Below, one piece after another: positions 11,011 to 24,907 of a stretch of 64,000 nucleotides of DNA; within the stretch, counting starts at the first letter, position 1; each line of letters opens with the position of its first letter. The notes beneath the pieces are model-generated. The model saw only the letters and a program-made list of their open reading frames with translations. It had not been told where the DNA came from and made no database searches. This DNA comes from Chiloscyllium plagiosum (taxonomy: Eukaryota), in contig NC_057751.1 in assembly GCF_004010195.1 (NCBI RefSeq), forward strand, positions 6,126,598-6,190,597. Reading direction: 5' to 3'. The position numbers and the translations under genes were made by a program.

Positions 11011-13489
11011 TTCTGTTTTGTGTCGTCTTTGTTACGTTTATGATTTATTGTTGGTGTATTTTTAATTTTATTCTCTCTGTCCCTTCCTGCCTACTCCCTC
11101 CCAAGTGGCCTTATTGATTTAGCAACATAACATGGACTTTGGCACTTCAAGAGGGAGGTTCACCATCACTTTCTGCAGCAATTAGGGATGGAAGTGCTTG
11201 CCTTGTCCTGTCCTGTTAATTAAATAAAAATCCTTAATATCCTTACTCAACAAAAACTATCAGTCCCACTTGTGAAATTGGAGGGGTGGCAGAATTCCAG
11301 ATTTCCAGTTGGCTTTGTATGTGAAAATGTTTCCTGAAATCACTTCTCAGCAGTGAAATAATGGTTTTACCCACTTGTCCTACATTGGACTGAATATAAG
11401 GAATTACTTTTATTGATGTTATCATTGTCTTACCAGCCATCCACATCACAAGTCAGCTTGCAAATATTACTTTTGGGTGAGACAGAGTAAAATGGGAGGG
11501 GACAGGAAACTACTTAATACATATTTTAAGATCCTTTACACAGTCAGTTGTCTTGTTTCAACAAATCTGATCATTTACATACTTGTCACACAAACCTACT
11601 TTACTTTTGATCCGCATGTCTGACTATATTGAAATACTAGTCAGAAACTACAACCACAGTTACTCGTCATACTGTGCTCAGCACAGTTTTACATATGGAT
11701 GTGACATAGAATGAAAACATCTTGAAAAATAATGTTTCACATTTATAAAGAACTTCCAAAGCTATTTGTAGCAATGGGTTTTAGATGTGTAAAATTTGCT
11801 TGGAGACAATGTTAATTTTAAAGCCTGGCAAGCATTGATTCGGGAGAGTGTTTGCTGAAGTATTCGAGCAGGTAAGCACAAGGTCAACATCAGGAAGAAG
11901 GCCTTTGTGTGACAGCATCTTAAGTGTTAACTGTGAATGCTACAGACACTGTAAGAAAACTTCTGAACAGAAATACTTGACATCTTGGCAGGACCAACTC
12001 CCTTCCTCCTCGACAGTAAATTTAAATGTGATTGTGACTCTGAGCTGCAAACAAGGAACCTTTTGAAACTGTTGAAAGGGCTTCCATGGCTGGTGGGGAA
12101 AATTACGGATATCTTGCAAAAGCAGGTCAGGGTTAATCATTGGGATAAGTGATGAATTGACAGTGGTCCACTGTCAATTGTTAGCATCCTATTAACAAGC
12201 ATGACTTGCTACTGGAGTTATCTCTGGCCTCGATGAGATGGCAAAATTATAATGATTAGATTTTGAAAAATGTCTTGGAATAAAGCACATATTCATTTCT
12301 GTAGCTGCATTTGAAGAACTTCAATGAAGTCCTTGCTTTGCCTTGTCCAGGGCTGCAGATATCAGAGCTCGAAATCCAGAACTCTCGCCCAAAGGTTCAA
12401 AATCTTAAAAAGAGAATTATGAATTCTTTGGTAAAACAGGATCGGATTTCTACTAAGTTTGCATGGTGGGAAGCAATTTATGTCAGAAATTTTGTTTTTT
12501 TCTTCTTTAAAAACCATCAGTTTTTCAATTAGCTGTTAAGAAAATAATTTGATTCCTCGAAAGCTACTCATTTCTGCAGTTGAGACATAGCAATTTGCAA
12601 CTCACTTGGAATCAAAACAAGGATTTAATTGACAATTTTGCCCTTTTAATTATACAAAGTGGTTGGTAATTAGTACTTTTCAAAGCTCCTTTGATGTCTC
12701 AGTATGATAAGCACACTGTTTGATGTGATATTGAACTGCACAGACCAGCAAATGATCCCCAGTTAACTGATTTCAACAATTGCACCAGCCTTGTGCTCTG
12801 TGCTCCCCATGCTCAAAATGGCTAAAAGAAGACATCTGCCATGGTTCTTCTGACTGATTGCATGAGGGCAGGATTGAGCTTGGTTCTGATTGTCTGAGTG
12901 GTCAAGTACGTTGATAGATGGTCATTTGAGTGAGACAAGACAAACCGTATTTGTGCACCTCAGCTGCAGAGGAGTGTTGAGGGTCGGGGGAAAGAATTTC
13001 TAAATGTTTTGAGTATGCACTGATTGATGCCTTTTTAGTGAAACACACAGCATATTAGACCACACCACTTGCCGCTGGGTGGATTTCACAATGATTTTGT
13101 GTCACTGAAACCAATAATCCTCACCAAAGCCTCACAAAAATTCTGAGTGCACTTTTAATTAATCTTGAGATTCAGGGAGGAATGCTTGAAAAATCTGAAC
13201 TGTCTGAGCACATGTGCACTTTAATTTTCTCCCCATAGATCACAAAGCAGGTGTTAATAAATAGTTTCTTCACAGTATCTTTCTGGAACATAAATTCCAT
13301 CATCTTCCCAGGGCGCTGCTTTGTTTTCTGCTAAGTCATGTCTTGTTCTCATTCACCATTCCTTTAGTCAATCACTACTTCTTGACATCCATCCTAAAGT
13401 TACTTTTTACAGCCTCATGTGAAGGCAGCCAATGTTGGACCTAGAACGGGTGATTTTGGTACTGTTATAAGTTGTTCAAAGCTGAACCA

Positions 13490-13800
13490 ATCACACCAAC
13501 TTGCATTTAAGTAATGTTGAAGTCTAACAAATCCCTTCTCAGGCACAAATGTCAAACATAGTTTGACTCCGAGCCACATTCAAAGAGATAGGATCTAAAG
13601 TGACCACAAGCAAATCCAAACGGGGTTCTTTAAAGAGCACCTTAAAGGAGGAGAGGGAGAGAAAGAACCTTCCAAAGCAAGGAACAAGACAATTGATGCA
13701 AGAAAGAGAGACAGGCAAGTTGAGGGATAACATTTCAGAGCTCAGGGTCTAAACTGCTGGAGGCATAGCTCTCTGTGGCGTGACACTTAAATTCCGAGGG
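13490..13800 (-). mobile_element. L2-type LINE 3' end remnant
   Basis: 'acaccaacttgcattt...tttgactccgagccaca...ttaaagagcaccttaaaggaggagagggag' resembles the reverse strand of L2 3' ends. Confidence 0.55.
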
Positions 13801-15744
13801 ATGGGCAGTTTAGAGTACCTCCTCATGGGCTGCTCAAGGGTTGAAACAAAGTAGCTTATTAATAGGTTCAGGCAGTGGGCCTTCAAGGTGGCAAATGCTG
13901 GCTGCCTGGCTCCATCATGATGAAGTCTGAATCCAAGTGCCTGTGCAGAGGGAGCAAGTCCACTGGCAGGCTTGAAGCTGTTTGTGAACCAGTGGGCTGG
14001 TGTGTATTATTTACCCCAACAGTGTCTTTTAAACATATCCCCAAGTTAAGTTACAGTGCTCCCCAACACCTCTTTCACTTTACTAGGATTGGTTGAATTT
14101 GTTTTTGTTATGCAAAATGCCACTAATGTGTACCTAAAGAAGAGCCGCAAATGAAGAAGCTGCCTGAAAGTATTTTGGTCTCACTGTATGCTTCACAAAG
14201 ACACCTGAAGATATTCTAACAGATTAACAGTGAAATAGGATATATGCTGTTGAAGACATGGGCAGCAGAGTTTTGGGTGACTGTAAGTTCATGGACAACA
14301 GAATGTGGGAGAAAGGTGAACGATGTTGACCTGCTGTGCTTTTCCACTCTTGACTCTAATCTCAAGCAGTCCTTACTTTCGCCTAATGTGTTGGAATAGT
14401 CAACTCTCTCGAAAATGGAGGAACAGCTGGAGGTTTCAGCAGGTTAGCTGAGATGGGGTTAAGTTGAGCAACATTAGGGAAGTGCAAAGCTGTGCTGTTA
14501 CCAATGATGTGATGGTGTTATTTTATTCCCCTTTTTCGTATGCATCATAGCTCTGATCAAATGTTCCCACAGAGTTCCAATCTGAGGTTGACCTTGCACT
14601 ATGAGCTGCACCCCACCTGATTTGTGCATCAAGACACAAAATTTCCCAGCTTCTCAGTGACCTCAAACTCAACTTCAAATCCTTTTTACACCCATATACA
14701 ATGGTTTCACTGAACAGCTATTCAGCTGTCTCACCCTCAAATCATCCTGCAGTTTGCTTCTGTATTTACATAAGAATATCATAAAAATAAATCGGTAAAA
14801 TAATATAACACATGTACCTGATTCTATTTCCATGCATATTTAATATGGACTAGACAGATGTTTAACCATCCGTGTCTGGCAGCAGAATAAATCAGAGATA
14901 AGAAACCTGTCGCAACAGCATCCATGTTAAGGTGTACAGTCAAATCAAATTGTTTCCTCTTCACAGAGGACTAACATGATGATTTTAAGGAACGTACAAC
15001 ATTTGAAAGAAAAATCATGGCAATCAAATAATAATAAGGGTACCTAATGAAGTAGTTCATGATGATTTAAAATGGCTTTGTCTTATTTTAGTCAGAATTG
15101 GCGAATATTGTTCACTTGTCGTCAGTTTGATTCTCCGCAATGGTCACATCCTGCACTTCAGTTCACCAAGGTGAAAATTCAACTGGAGTTTGTTTTTGTG
15201 GAGGGATGCACTAAAGAACTGGGGACCTAATAACTATTAGTGAATTATCTTGGTGCGTGATACAACAGACAAATTCATTTTCTCCAAATATGCATCCTCT
15301 TCAAGGGGTCCTCCTCCATTCCCACCTCCTCCACCACCACCACCTTTTCATATTGACGCTACAATCCTGATATCCTTCTAAATACTTTGAGTTTGATGTC
15401 TTCTGGAAAGATGGAATTATTCCCTGAAACCTCCTGTACATAATAAATGCCTTAAAATAAACAATTTTAAAACAAAAATCCATAAATTGCTATGTTTTAA
15501 GCGTTTCTCATGAGTTAGACTTGGCCTTACAGCTTTATATATTCAAAATTTTGTGAAGATAGTTGCTGATTTCAGAATTGTTCAGAGAGGGAAACTGAAG
15601 TATCTGGGGTGTGAGAGTGAACAAGGCAAGCAATTGTGAAATTAATGCTGCCACCTCTGAGAAGAGATGGTAAATTAGGGCAGTGAATTCAATCACTTGC
15701 AGAAAAGGACACAAAGAGAAGGAAGGAAAGGAGGCATCCTAAAA

Positions 15745-17435
15745 ATGACGTGTCAACCAAGTGAAGCTAACTAATAGGAATACTTGTGTACTAACCATCA
15801 TAAGCAGCAAGTGGTAGACAGAGCTAAGCAATTCCACAACCAACAGATTAGATCTAAGCTCTGCAGTGCTGCTACATCCAGTTGTGAATGGTGGTTGACA
15901 AAATAGCTCACTGGAGGAGGAGTCTCCAGAAAGATCCCATCCTTAATGATGGAAGAGTCCAAACATCGTGGCAAAAGGTAAGGTTGAAGCATTCACAGCA
16001 ATCTTGAGCAGAAGAGTCAAATTGATGATCCCTCTGGGCCTTTTCCAGTGATCCTCATCATCACCAGTCTTCAGCCAATTTGATCTGCTCTACGTGATAT
16101 GAAGAAACAGTTGGAAATACTGGATACAGCAAAGGCGATGGGGCCTGACAACATTCCAGCAACAATACTGAAGGCTTCTGCTCCAGCACTTGACGTTCCC
16201 CGAGCTAAGCTCTTTTCAACACTGGCATCTACCTGACAAGGTGTAAGGTTTCTCAGCTATGTCCTGTACATAAAAAGTAGGACAAATCCAACTTGATCAA
16301 TGAGTGCCCCAAACTCTCAACCATTAGTAAAATGATGGAATATGCCATCAACAGTGCTATCAAACAGCATGTAGTCAGCAATAATCTGCTCATTGACGCC
16401 CAGTTGGGTTCCGTCATGGCCACTCAACTCCTGACCTCATTTCAGCTTGGTTAAAGTCTGGATAAATCCACTGGATTGTCCTTCACATCAAGGCTGTAAT
16501 CCACAGAGTGTGACATCAAGGAGCCCCAGCAAAACTGGATTCAGTGGGTATCAGAGCCACAGCCTTTGCTGATTGGTGTCATACCTGGCACATAGGAAGA
16601 TGGTTGTGGTTCTTGGAGTCATCATCTCAGCTCCAGGAGCAGCTTTGCATGAGTTCCTCAGGATAATGCCCCAGGCCCAATCACCTTTAGTTGCTTCATC
16701 AATGACCTTCCCTTCATCATAGGTCAGATGCTCGCCTGCGATTACACGATGTTCAGAGCCATTCATTCAATGGTGTTACGCTCACTGAATTACCAACAAT
16801 CAACATCCTTGGGGTTGCCATTGACCAGAAACTCAACATATAAGCAGTTACTACGAGAACAGGTCAGAGGTTGAGTGACTCACTTCCTAAATCCCCAAAG
16901 CCAGTCCAGGATCTACAAGCATAAGTCAGGAGTGTGATGGAATAGTCCCCAGTTGCCTGGTTGGATGTAGTTCTGACAACGCTCTAACAAGAAACCTGAC
17001 ACCATCCAGGTCATATCAACTTGCTTGATTGGCAACACATCTACAAGCATTCACTCCCTTCACCGGTGCACAGTAGCAGCAATGTGTACTATCCACAGGA
17101 TCACTGCAGAAATTCAGCAAGGCTCCTTAGCTAGCACTTCCTAATGCCATGACTACCCCTACCCAAAAGGACAAAGTCGTCAGATATACGGGAATACCAC
17201 CACCTGCAACTTCCCATCCAAGTCCCTCAGCATCTTAACTTAGATATATATTGCTGTTCCTTCACAGTTGCTGGGACAAAATCCTGGAATTCCCTCTCTC
17301 AGGGCATTGTGGGTCAATGGACTGCAATGGTTCAAGAAGGCAGCTCACCACTATCTTCTCTTGGAGGAGCTTGGGACAGGTAATAAATGCTGGCAAAGTC
17401 ATCAATGCCCATTTCCCATGTTTGAATTAAAAAAG
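15745..17435 (+). mobile_element. CR1/L2-group LINE, 5'-truncated (RT domain + 3' tail), decayed; probable partner of the 40020-type SINE
   Basis: 'ctggatacagcaaaggcgatggggcctgacaacattccagca' = LDTAKAMGPDNIPA; PVHKK.DKSN; tail 'aataaatgctggc...cccatgtttgaattaaaaaa' shared with SINE tails. Confidence 0.8.
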
Positions 17436-19609
17436 TGTGAAGAGAAAAGAAAATTGAATGGTTTTTAAAATGTTAGATTAAAAATTTTATATGTTAAGTC
17501 CTAGCATCAATTAACACCTGAAGGAATGAGACGCCACATCGGAGTTAGATTTTCAATGACAGGAATTGACACTAATCACAAAATGAAACTTGAAACAATT
17601 TGGCTTGACTTTAGTTTAATTCATTTCAATCATACCAATAAAGTACCTCTAAGTGTTAAATACACTTCAGTGACAGTGAGTCACTGTTTTCACGTGCAAC
17701 TTGAACAGAATCGGGTTTCTGCCCTTGGCCTGCAGTATTTCTGTATCAAAAATAATGAGCAGCAGTAACTATGCTGTTATTTTGACAGCAAATTATGCGT
17801 CATTGTCATCCATGCAAATGTCAACTGAATTTTTCAGAAGATGTTTCTGATAGGGCATCAGGCAGCATGCTGTTGGGCCAAAATATACAAGAGAAAACTC
17901 TAACTCAGAATTCTTGTGCATGCTGCGCAAAGCACATGCTAAATCCTGTTCCAGTCATAGCTTGATCTCCACATGAATCCCAGGTAGAACATTTTACATT
18001 CCTGTAATGCAGTCCGAAGGCTTCTGGTCTGACAGCATCACTGTTGGACACCCTCTGTCAGGGAGCTCAGGTGACATCCTGGACTGCAAGAGCACGATTG
18101 AGTCATTTGACCTCCCTCTCAGAGCTATGGGTCCTGGGGTTTGATATAATTAAGTTTTCATTCTTTGTCAGTTGTGTTTACAATTTGATCTGAATTTTCA
18201 TGCACACCTGTGTGAGGAGATTTTTCCATGCTTTTTCTTGCATCTTCTTGATCTTTTCCTGTTGCACATTTCCAGGTTACAGCCTTGTCAATTCCTGTAG
18301 TTGGACTGCTTTGAGAGACACAGTAAGGCACCAGGGTACAGGCACTTTTAGGGCGTATGAGATGGCCAGTGAATTGTTTGCGTTAGTAGTTCAAGATTGC
18401 TCAGAGCAATGATCGGCAATGTCATCACAACCACAACTAGCATTTACGTAGCAAAATACAAATTCAAATAACTTGATTTGGGAATGGTAAATAGGCAACC
18501 ATAATTTTTATTTCCTTTCTTCTTCTTTCATTTATTTGCCATGAATTCACGTATAAAGCCTGCAATAATTTCGGCATAATGCACATGGAATATTTCAGTT
18601 CCTCGAAGATGCTGGTCTTAAGTCAGTCACTGTTCATGTTTAGAACACAAAGTCGATGAGACCGCTTCTCAAGATGTGTTTTGGTTTTTAAAGTTGAATG
18701 AATGGCAACAGTGGGTACGAAGGATGTCCCTGACTCTGTTGTTATTTTTAGATTTTCATAATGTAGAATCATTTTGACAGTGGAACGGAATGGTGCATTT
18801 ATTGCTCTTTCTATTAGATCGGCTTACCTAGTGCATAGATGCACTACTAATGAAGTTTATTTCAGAAATAAAGACTGAATTTAGGCAGGGTTGATTGAGG
18901 GAGGACTGCCGACTAGGAAATGTTGACAATTTCTGATGCTTCATGTAGTACCTGAGGATCTTTATTATTGCCCCAATATGTGGACCAGTGAAGCAGAGCA
19001 TCATTTGACAGTAAACCTGAGAATGTCATATATTTATGACTGCTTTAATACCTCAATATTGTACCTACCGAGATTATGCACTGGAGTCTCAGAGCAGAAG
19101 TCAGAATAAATCTCTTCAATCGCTTGAACTTGTTCTGAATTCATAATTCAAGGAACAAATCAAAATCAAATCACCAGTTTCTTTGCAGTCAGTTCTGCTG
19201 TTTCTGACTAATTTATTCATAACTCCAGTGTTTCATGACGAACCATTCAGTTTGATAGTTTACGAATGAAAAGTTACGTCCTCTCTGACTCTCCACTGCA
19301 GTTTTACCTATTGATATAATTATGGAAGAGCTCTGAAGGAAACTTGTTTTTTGGATACAAAGCCTGACTCAGTTGGAATTTAATCCAGTCCTTGTATGTA
19401 CAGCTGTCAGTCTGGTCTGGAGCAATCAGTGTTATTGCTCAACCGTGTGATTGAGTTTCCATAAAAGAAATACATGTGAAGTAAATTAGTCCTTCCTCAA
19501 TGATGTTATTGGATATTTACTGTAAAACTAAACAAATAAGCTCTCACAACAGTCAAAACTTGGTTTCACAATCAAACCATCAGCTCATATTATTGGCAAG
19601 ACGAAACCA

Positions 19610-20250
19610 ATCACACAACTTGCACTGAAGTAGCAAAAACATCAGAGAAATCACCTCTCAAGATCTTGTTGAGGGTCAAGGGCTGAAAGACATTTCAAAA
19701 ATAGAGAGGTGTAACAAGACCATTGAATGACTTGAAAACAAGGAAGAGAATTATAAAATCAAGATATTGTCAAACAGGAAATCGATATTGGATGGGAGGC
19801 TGGCATAGTCAAGCGTAACAAGGTATTCAAAAGGACTTCAGCAGCAGATAACTGAGGCAGAGTCAGTGGTGAACCATGTTGTGCTGTGGTAAAGACCTTA
19901 ATGTTTAGATAGCTATGTTGTCAGAAGCCCAGATGTAAAAACAAAGAAAACAACAGGCAGGCTCACCCTTTGGTGTGGAGGAGGCTGAAGTCAATGGCAA
20001 GTGAATGGAACTATTGGCAGAGGCCAAGTACACACACAGCGACTTCAATTTTCCGAAAATTTAATTGGACACATTTTCTGTTCACGAGGTGCTAGATATT
20101 GGACAGACTGTGTGATAAATCACAGATCGTTGAGGGGTCAAAGGAGGTGGTGGTGAAAAAGAGCTGGTAATTGTCAATATGCAAGAGAAAACTGACATGT
20201 TTTCAGATGATGTCACTGATGGATGTTTCTTCAATAAGAATTACACCCTA
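19610..20250 (-). mobile_element. L2-type LINE remnant
   Basis: Same terminus as 13490 (aaccaatcacac.aacttgca); internal 'gacttgaaaacaaggaagagaattataaaatc' and 'gagctggtaattgtcaatatgc' are L2-like. Confidence 0.55.
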
Positions 20251-21493
20251 ATGAGTGTCAGTAAGACACCTTCTTGGATTCTGATGAACTTCAGGCACAG
20301 AACTGAAAACAATATCTTTAGCTTAGAGCTGTTGGGAAGTATTACATCCATTAAACACCTTATCACACAAACCAGGACACTCCAGGAACAGTACAGACCT
20401 TCACAGAAGTTCAAAGCTAAGGTCTGCTAAGCATCAGAAAATGCTAGAGATAACACAGGTGGTCATTCTGCTTTGGCAAAAAACAAACAGGCTAACATTT
20501 GGATCATACTCACATTGGATCAGACAGCTGGGGTGAATAAACACTTGCTGTTCAAATCAATAAATCTTCATATTTCTCCAGTACTGATTTATTTCCAGCA
20601 TCTCACGTTCCTTTTATCACAAAGAGTTCTTATTAATCTTTTGAAGAGCCATGATTTTCTCGATAGTCAGTTCATTTTGTGCATCATTTGAAATCTATTT
20701 GAAGGGCCAAACTTTGATTTATAATGTCAGATTATATTGCTGTACAATTCTTATATTGTGCTAACTATGTTATTGTTGAATTATGTAACTGTTTTTGTTA
20801 GACTACAGTCTAGAATGATATGATGATATTTCTGAATACATTGCAGCTTTGTTGCAAACATAGACAACATCCATCGGACCAGAATAAATCAGAACAAGAG
20901 TAGACCATTTGGCTCTTGAGCCTGTTCCACCATTCAATAGAATCATGGCCGAAACACCATTCTTCACATCCACTTTCCTGTCCTTTTCCCAAAGTTCTTG
21001 ATTCCCCTACTCATCAAGGATCTATCGTTCTCAGCCTTCAGTATACACAAGGACGCTACAGCCACAGCTCTCTGCAGCAAGGAGTTCCAAAAACACTCAA
21101 CTTTTAAAGAAAGTCCTCCTCATCTCAGTTGGTGACCCTTTAATCTGAGACTGTGCTCTCCAGTCTTCCCATGAGGAAAAATATCCTCTCAGCATTACTC
21201 CCTTATTATTCCAAGATGTTGCAATGAAATCATCTCTCAAAATTCCAAATTTCAGTCAGTACAATGCCAACCTGTTCTGTCTTTGCTCAAAAGACAATCC
21301 CGTCTTTCCGGGATCATCCTCGTGAACCTTCTCTTAACTGCCTCCCATAAAATAATATCTTTGCTTAAATAAGGGCATCAAAACTACACAAATACTGCAG
21401 ATGTGGTCTGATCTGCATGCTGTACAGTTGCAGCAAGGCTTCCCACTCTATACTCTAACTTGCTTGAAATAAGGACCAACATTCCATGAGCCT

Positions 21494-22489
21494 GGAATCA
21501 CAGTGGGTCAGACAGCATCCATGGAGAGAGAGCAAGCTCATGTTTTGAGTCCAGATGACTCTTCATCAGAGTTGAAGTAAAGCGTGGAGGGGACAGTATT
21601 TATGCTACAGTATGGGGGTTGTCTGGGGGTAGTGAGTGGAGGGTGCCAGTGATGAAAAGATGTCGATTGTTCAGATTAAGTGGTTGGGATGTGAGAATTG
21701 TGTGGAATAAATGTAGAATAACAGTGTGTCTCCTGCCAGGCTTGAAAGGACAGCAAATTGGATGGGGGGAGAGGAGGACATGATAACAAGCTAAAAGAAT
21801 GGGGAGAAATATTCACAATTTAAAGGTGTTGGTCTCATTATTAGTTCAGAAGGCTGTAAAATGCCGAGTCTGAAGTTGTTGTTTCTCCAGTTTGCACTGT
21901 GTTTCCCTGGAACACTGCAGCATGCTGAGGACAGACAGGTGATCATACGAACAGGATGCTATATTAAAGTGACTGGCTATGGGAAGGTCAGAGACCTGCT
22001 AGTGCTCAGACTGGAGGTGTTTGGCAGAACAGTCACCCAGTCTGCGTTTGGTTTCTCCCTTTGTAGAGTCGGCCACATTGGGTGCAACGAATACAAGACA
22101 CAAGATTGGAGAAGGGACAGGGGAAATGCTGCTTCACTTGGAAAGGCTGTTTAGGCCCTTGGATGGAGAGCAGGGAAGAGGTGAAGGGGCACGTGTTGTA
22201 CCTTCTGCGGTTACATGGAAAGGTTCTTTGGAGAGGGAGAGTGGTGTTGGTGATTGTGTAATGGATGAGGGTGTATCGGGGGGAACAATCCCTGCGAAAT
22301 GCAGACACAGGGAGTGAGGGGAAGATGTGTTTGGTGGTGGCATTCTGCCTGGGGCTTTCTGAAATGGCGGAGAATGATCCTTTGTTTGTGGAGGCTGATA
22401 GGATGAAAAGTGAGGACACGGGGAACCCAATCATGCGTGGGTGGGAAACCATTGTCATGGAAGAAGAAAGCCATGTCAGCAGTAGAATA
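21494..22489 (-). mobile_element. Penelope-like element 3' portion with Cys-rich linker and GIY-YIG endonuclease
   Basis: ORF 22033..22458 ...AFRRD...TFPCNRRRYNTC...FQVKQHFPC..SNLVSCIRCTQCGRLYKG; decayed hammerhead ~21541-21569; near-TSD cat(g/t)agcct at 21485-21493 and 22490-22498. Confidence 0.85.
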
Positions 22490-22682
22490 CATTAGCCTTC
22501 CTGATTACCTTCTGCATCTTTATTCTGGCTTTCTGTGTTTTGTGCACAAGTCTCCCCAAGTGCCTTTGTGTTTTTCTCCATTTCAAGCATACTGTTCTTT
22601 TGTTCTCCCTTCCAAAATGAATAACTTCACATTTTTCCAATTGATACTCCATTTGCCAACTTTTTGCCCACTCACTTAACTT

Positions 22683-22815
22683 AGTTAGAGACAAAAAAAT
22701 TGCAGATACTGGAATCCCAAGTAAACAAGTAGGAGGCTGGAAGAACACTACAGCCAGGCAGCATCAGGAGGTGGAGAAGTCAACATTTTGGGTGTTCTTC
22801 CAGCCTCTTGCTTGA
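22683..22815. mobile_element. Fold-back short PLE-derived insert with 15-bp TSD
   Basis: Internal inverted repeat gaggctggaagaacac / gtgttcttccagcctc; TSD ccact(ca/tg)cttaactt at 22668-22682 and 22816-22830. Confidence 0.7.
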
Positions 22816-22845
22816 CCACTTGCTTAACTTGTCAATATCTCTGAT

Positions 22846-22925
22846 TGTAGGAGAAAGTGAGGACTACAGATGCTGGAGATCAGAGCTGAAAAATGTGTTG
22901 CTGGAAAAACGCTGCGCTTTTCCAG
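22846..22925. mobile_element. Fold-back short PLE-derived insert with perfect 13-bp TSD
   Basis: gagaaagtgaggactacagatgctggagatc...ttgctggaaaa/ttttccagcaa; TSD caatatctctgat at 22833-22845 and 22926-22938. Confidence 0.8.
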
Positions 22926-23879
22926 CAATATCTCTGATGTATCCTTCTTACGACTGACCTTTCCTACTATTTTTGTGCTATCTGCTCCAGTACATCCAAG
23001 CTTTTCCTCACCATCACTTTCATTAATGAGCTTACTGCCTCTGATCTGACTCACTACAAATTGTGTCCAATATTGACAGTCTTTAAAGTTCCTCTGAGAT
23101 AAATCGTGGGCTATGACAAGCATGTTATAATCTCTATGTATATTACCTATTAAAAACCAAGATAGACTGAGGAGTATTGTGAATGATGGGTAATTTGTTC
23201 ATTCAATCTGACATGACTAGCTTTCAAAGAGACCCTGATGCTGAAGGAAGTGACAATAGAGCAGAGTCTGTTCTTCTGTGTATGTTATACCGCTGGGCAA
23301 TTCAGAGAGCGGAAGACAGGAAGGCAAGGATAGTGGATTGTACAAGACCTCATACTGCTTTCTCAGTATTGCCAGATCTTACAAGACTGCTTAGTGGGGT
23401 AGAAGAAGGGGGTCACTCTGGAAACTGTAATCATGCGTGTTGTGGCCTGATTGAGTTGGTGTTTGTAGGCCTGCTCCACATTGGTTGCAACCATGTTCGG
23501 AGACTTCAGATTGAGTGCAGCTGCTGATGAGCACCACTGAAGCGATTAGATGAAAAGTGAGTAATTCTACAAAACAGTATCGGTGTTGTAAAGACTGATA
23601 GGTTGCACATGGTTTCACATTCGGGTGGAAAAGTAATGGAAGTGCTGACAACTGTGTGAGGCTGTTATTGACCAGGTAGCTCATTACCACTGTCTCAAGG
23701 GCAATTAGGGATGGGCATAAAATGGTTCAAAAATGTTTTAGCAGGTAAAATGTTGTCTGGCAATTTTCTTTTCAGTAGCATTGTGTGAGTTTTTTTCCCC
23801 TTTAAAAAGTTAATGTTCTCTGCGGGGTTCATCACATCTCTAATGCAATTACATTTGGGCGAGCCATTGTATTGGAACC

Positions 23880-24615
23880 TGTCACAAATTTGTCTCCCAA
23901 GCCACTTCAGCCTTGCTGAGAGTTCCTGGGTGCTGTAGTCGTGTCCCAACTCTTGTGAAGATGCTCTGGCTTTAAGAGGTGGATTTCGTACTTTTTTTAT
24001 GAGCGCAGATTGAGACAGAGATGTTGAGTAGTCTATTCCAAACAAGTAAAATAAATAGCTTGTGAGGCCTTGGGATTTTCTTGAAAAGTTGGAACAATAG
24101 AAGCAGCCTGAATGGGTGGAGTCAGGCTTCCACAGGTTCAGGGTTTGAGATTAGTTTTCAACAATCGTTGCAGTTTTGAAGCTATCATAAACCTGTCCCT
24201 TCCGCAGCAAAATGCTTGAGTTCTCTCTCTGTCTGCTAGAATATTCTCTTGGTGTTCTTTCTTCTTGGACTAGATAAACACTGCATGTGAGACAATCTAT
24301 TTTACTGAATTTGCCTTTGTTAAAGGTGTCATTACATTTTGTTACTATGTTGGAACAGTTGTTTTTTACAAGTTAAATAATCTATTATTCTGTTAAGTTT
24401 TCCATAAGAGTTAAATTATTCCAATTCTTCTTTCTTTTGTTTGAATCTTAACTGTAAGATAAGGATAAAGTGTGTTCTGCTTAAAGCTGAGTAGTGTAAC
24501 CAATCAATTTACATCTGGAACACATGATTTTACATTTGCCTCTAAATAAGATAAAAGTTTGGGTCTAGGCTATCTCCTTGATATATATGAAAGGGGTTTG
24601 GTCTGGTCCATTACA
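23880..24615 (+). mobile_element. Probable solo LTR (left boundary uncertain)
   Basis: Non-coding block with R/U5-like AT-rich stretch ending '...ggtctggtccattaca' (CA end); no TSD verified. Confidence 0.35.
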
Positions 24616-24674
24616 CTGAGTTCAGGAGACCCATGTTTAAGTCCCATCTATTGCAGAGGCATGTTATAGCATTG

Positions 24675-24907
24675 ACCTTGAGAACTGAGATGAGGAGGAA
24701 TTTCATCAGTCAGAATGTGGTTCATTTGTAGAACTCATTGCCACAGAAGGCTGTGGGAGATCATGTCATTAAGTGTATTCAAGACAGACATGGAAAGGTG
24801 ATTGATAAGTAAGAGGATTAAGGGTTCCGGGAGAAGGCAGGAGAATGGCGGAGCAGACTCAATGGGTGGAGTGGCCTAATTCTGCTGCAATATCTGATGG
24901 TCTTATG
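24675..24907 (+). mobile_element. CR1 3' tip inserted in a short tRNA-like SINE
   Basis: 'agaactgagatgaggaggaatttc...gagaaggcaggagaatgg...gagcagactcaatggg...tctgatggtcttatg'. Confidence 0.75.

Larger units (their letters stand above)
20870..22990 (-). mobile_element. CR1 LINE 3' fragment hosting three nested PLE/PLE-derived insertions
   Basis: ORF 22476..22748 LSEWAKSWQMEYQLEKCEVIHFGREN...QKVIRKAN; 3' UTR at 20870-21000; host resumes across each insert. Confidence 0.8.
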
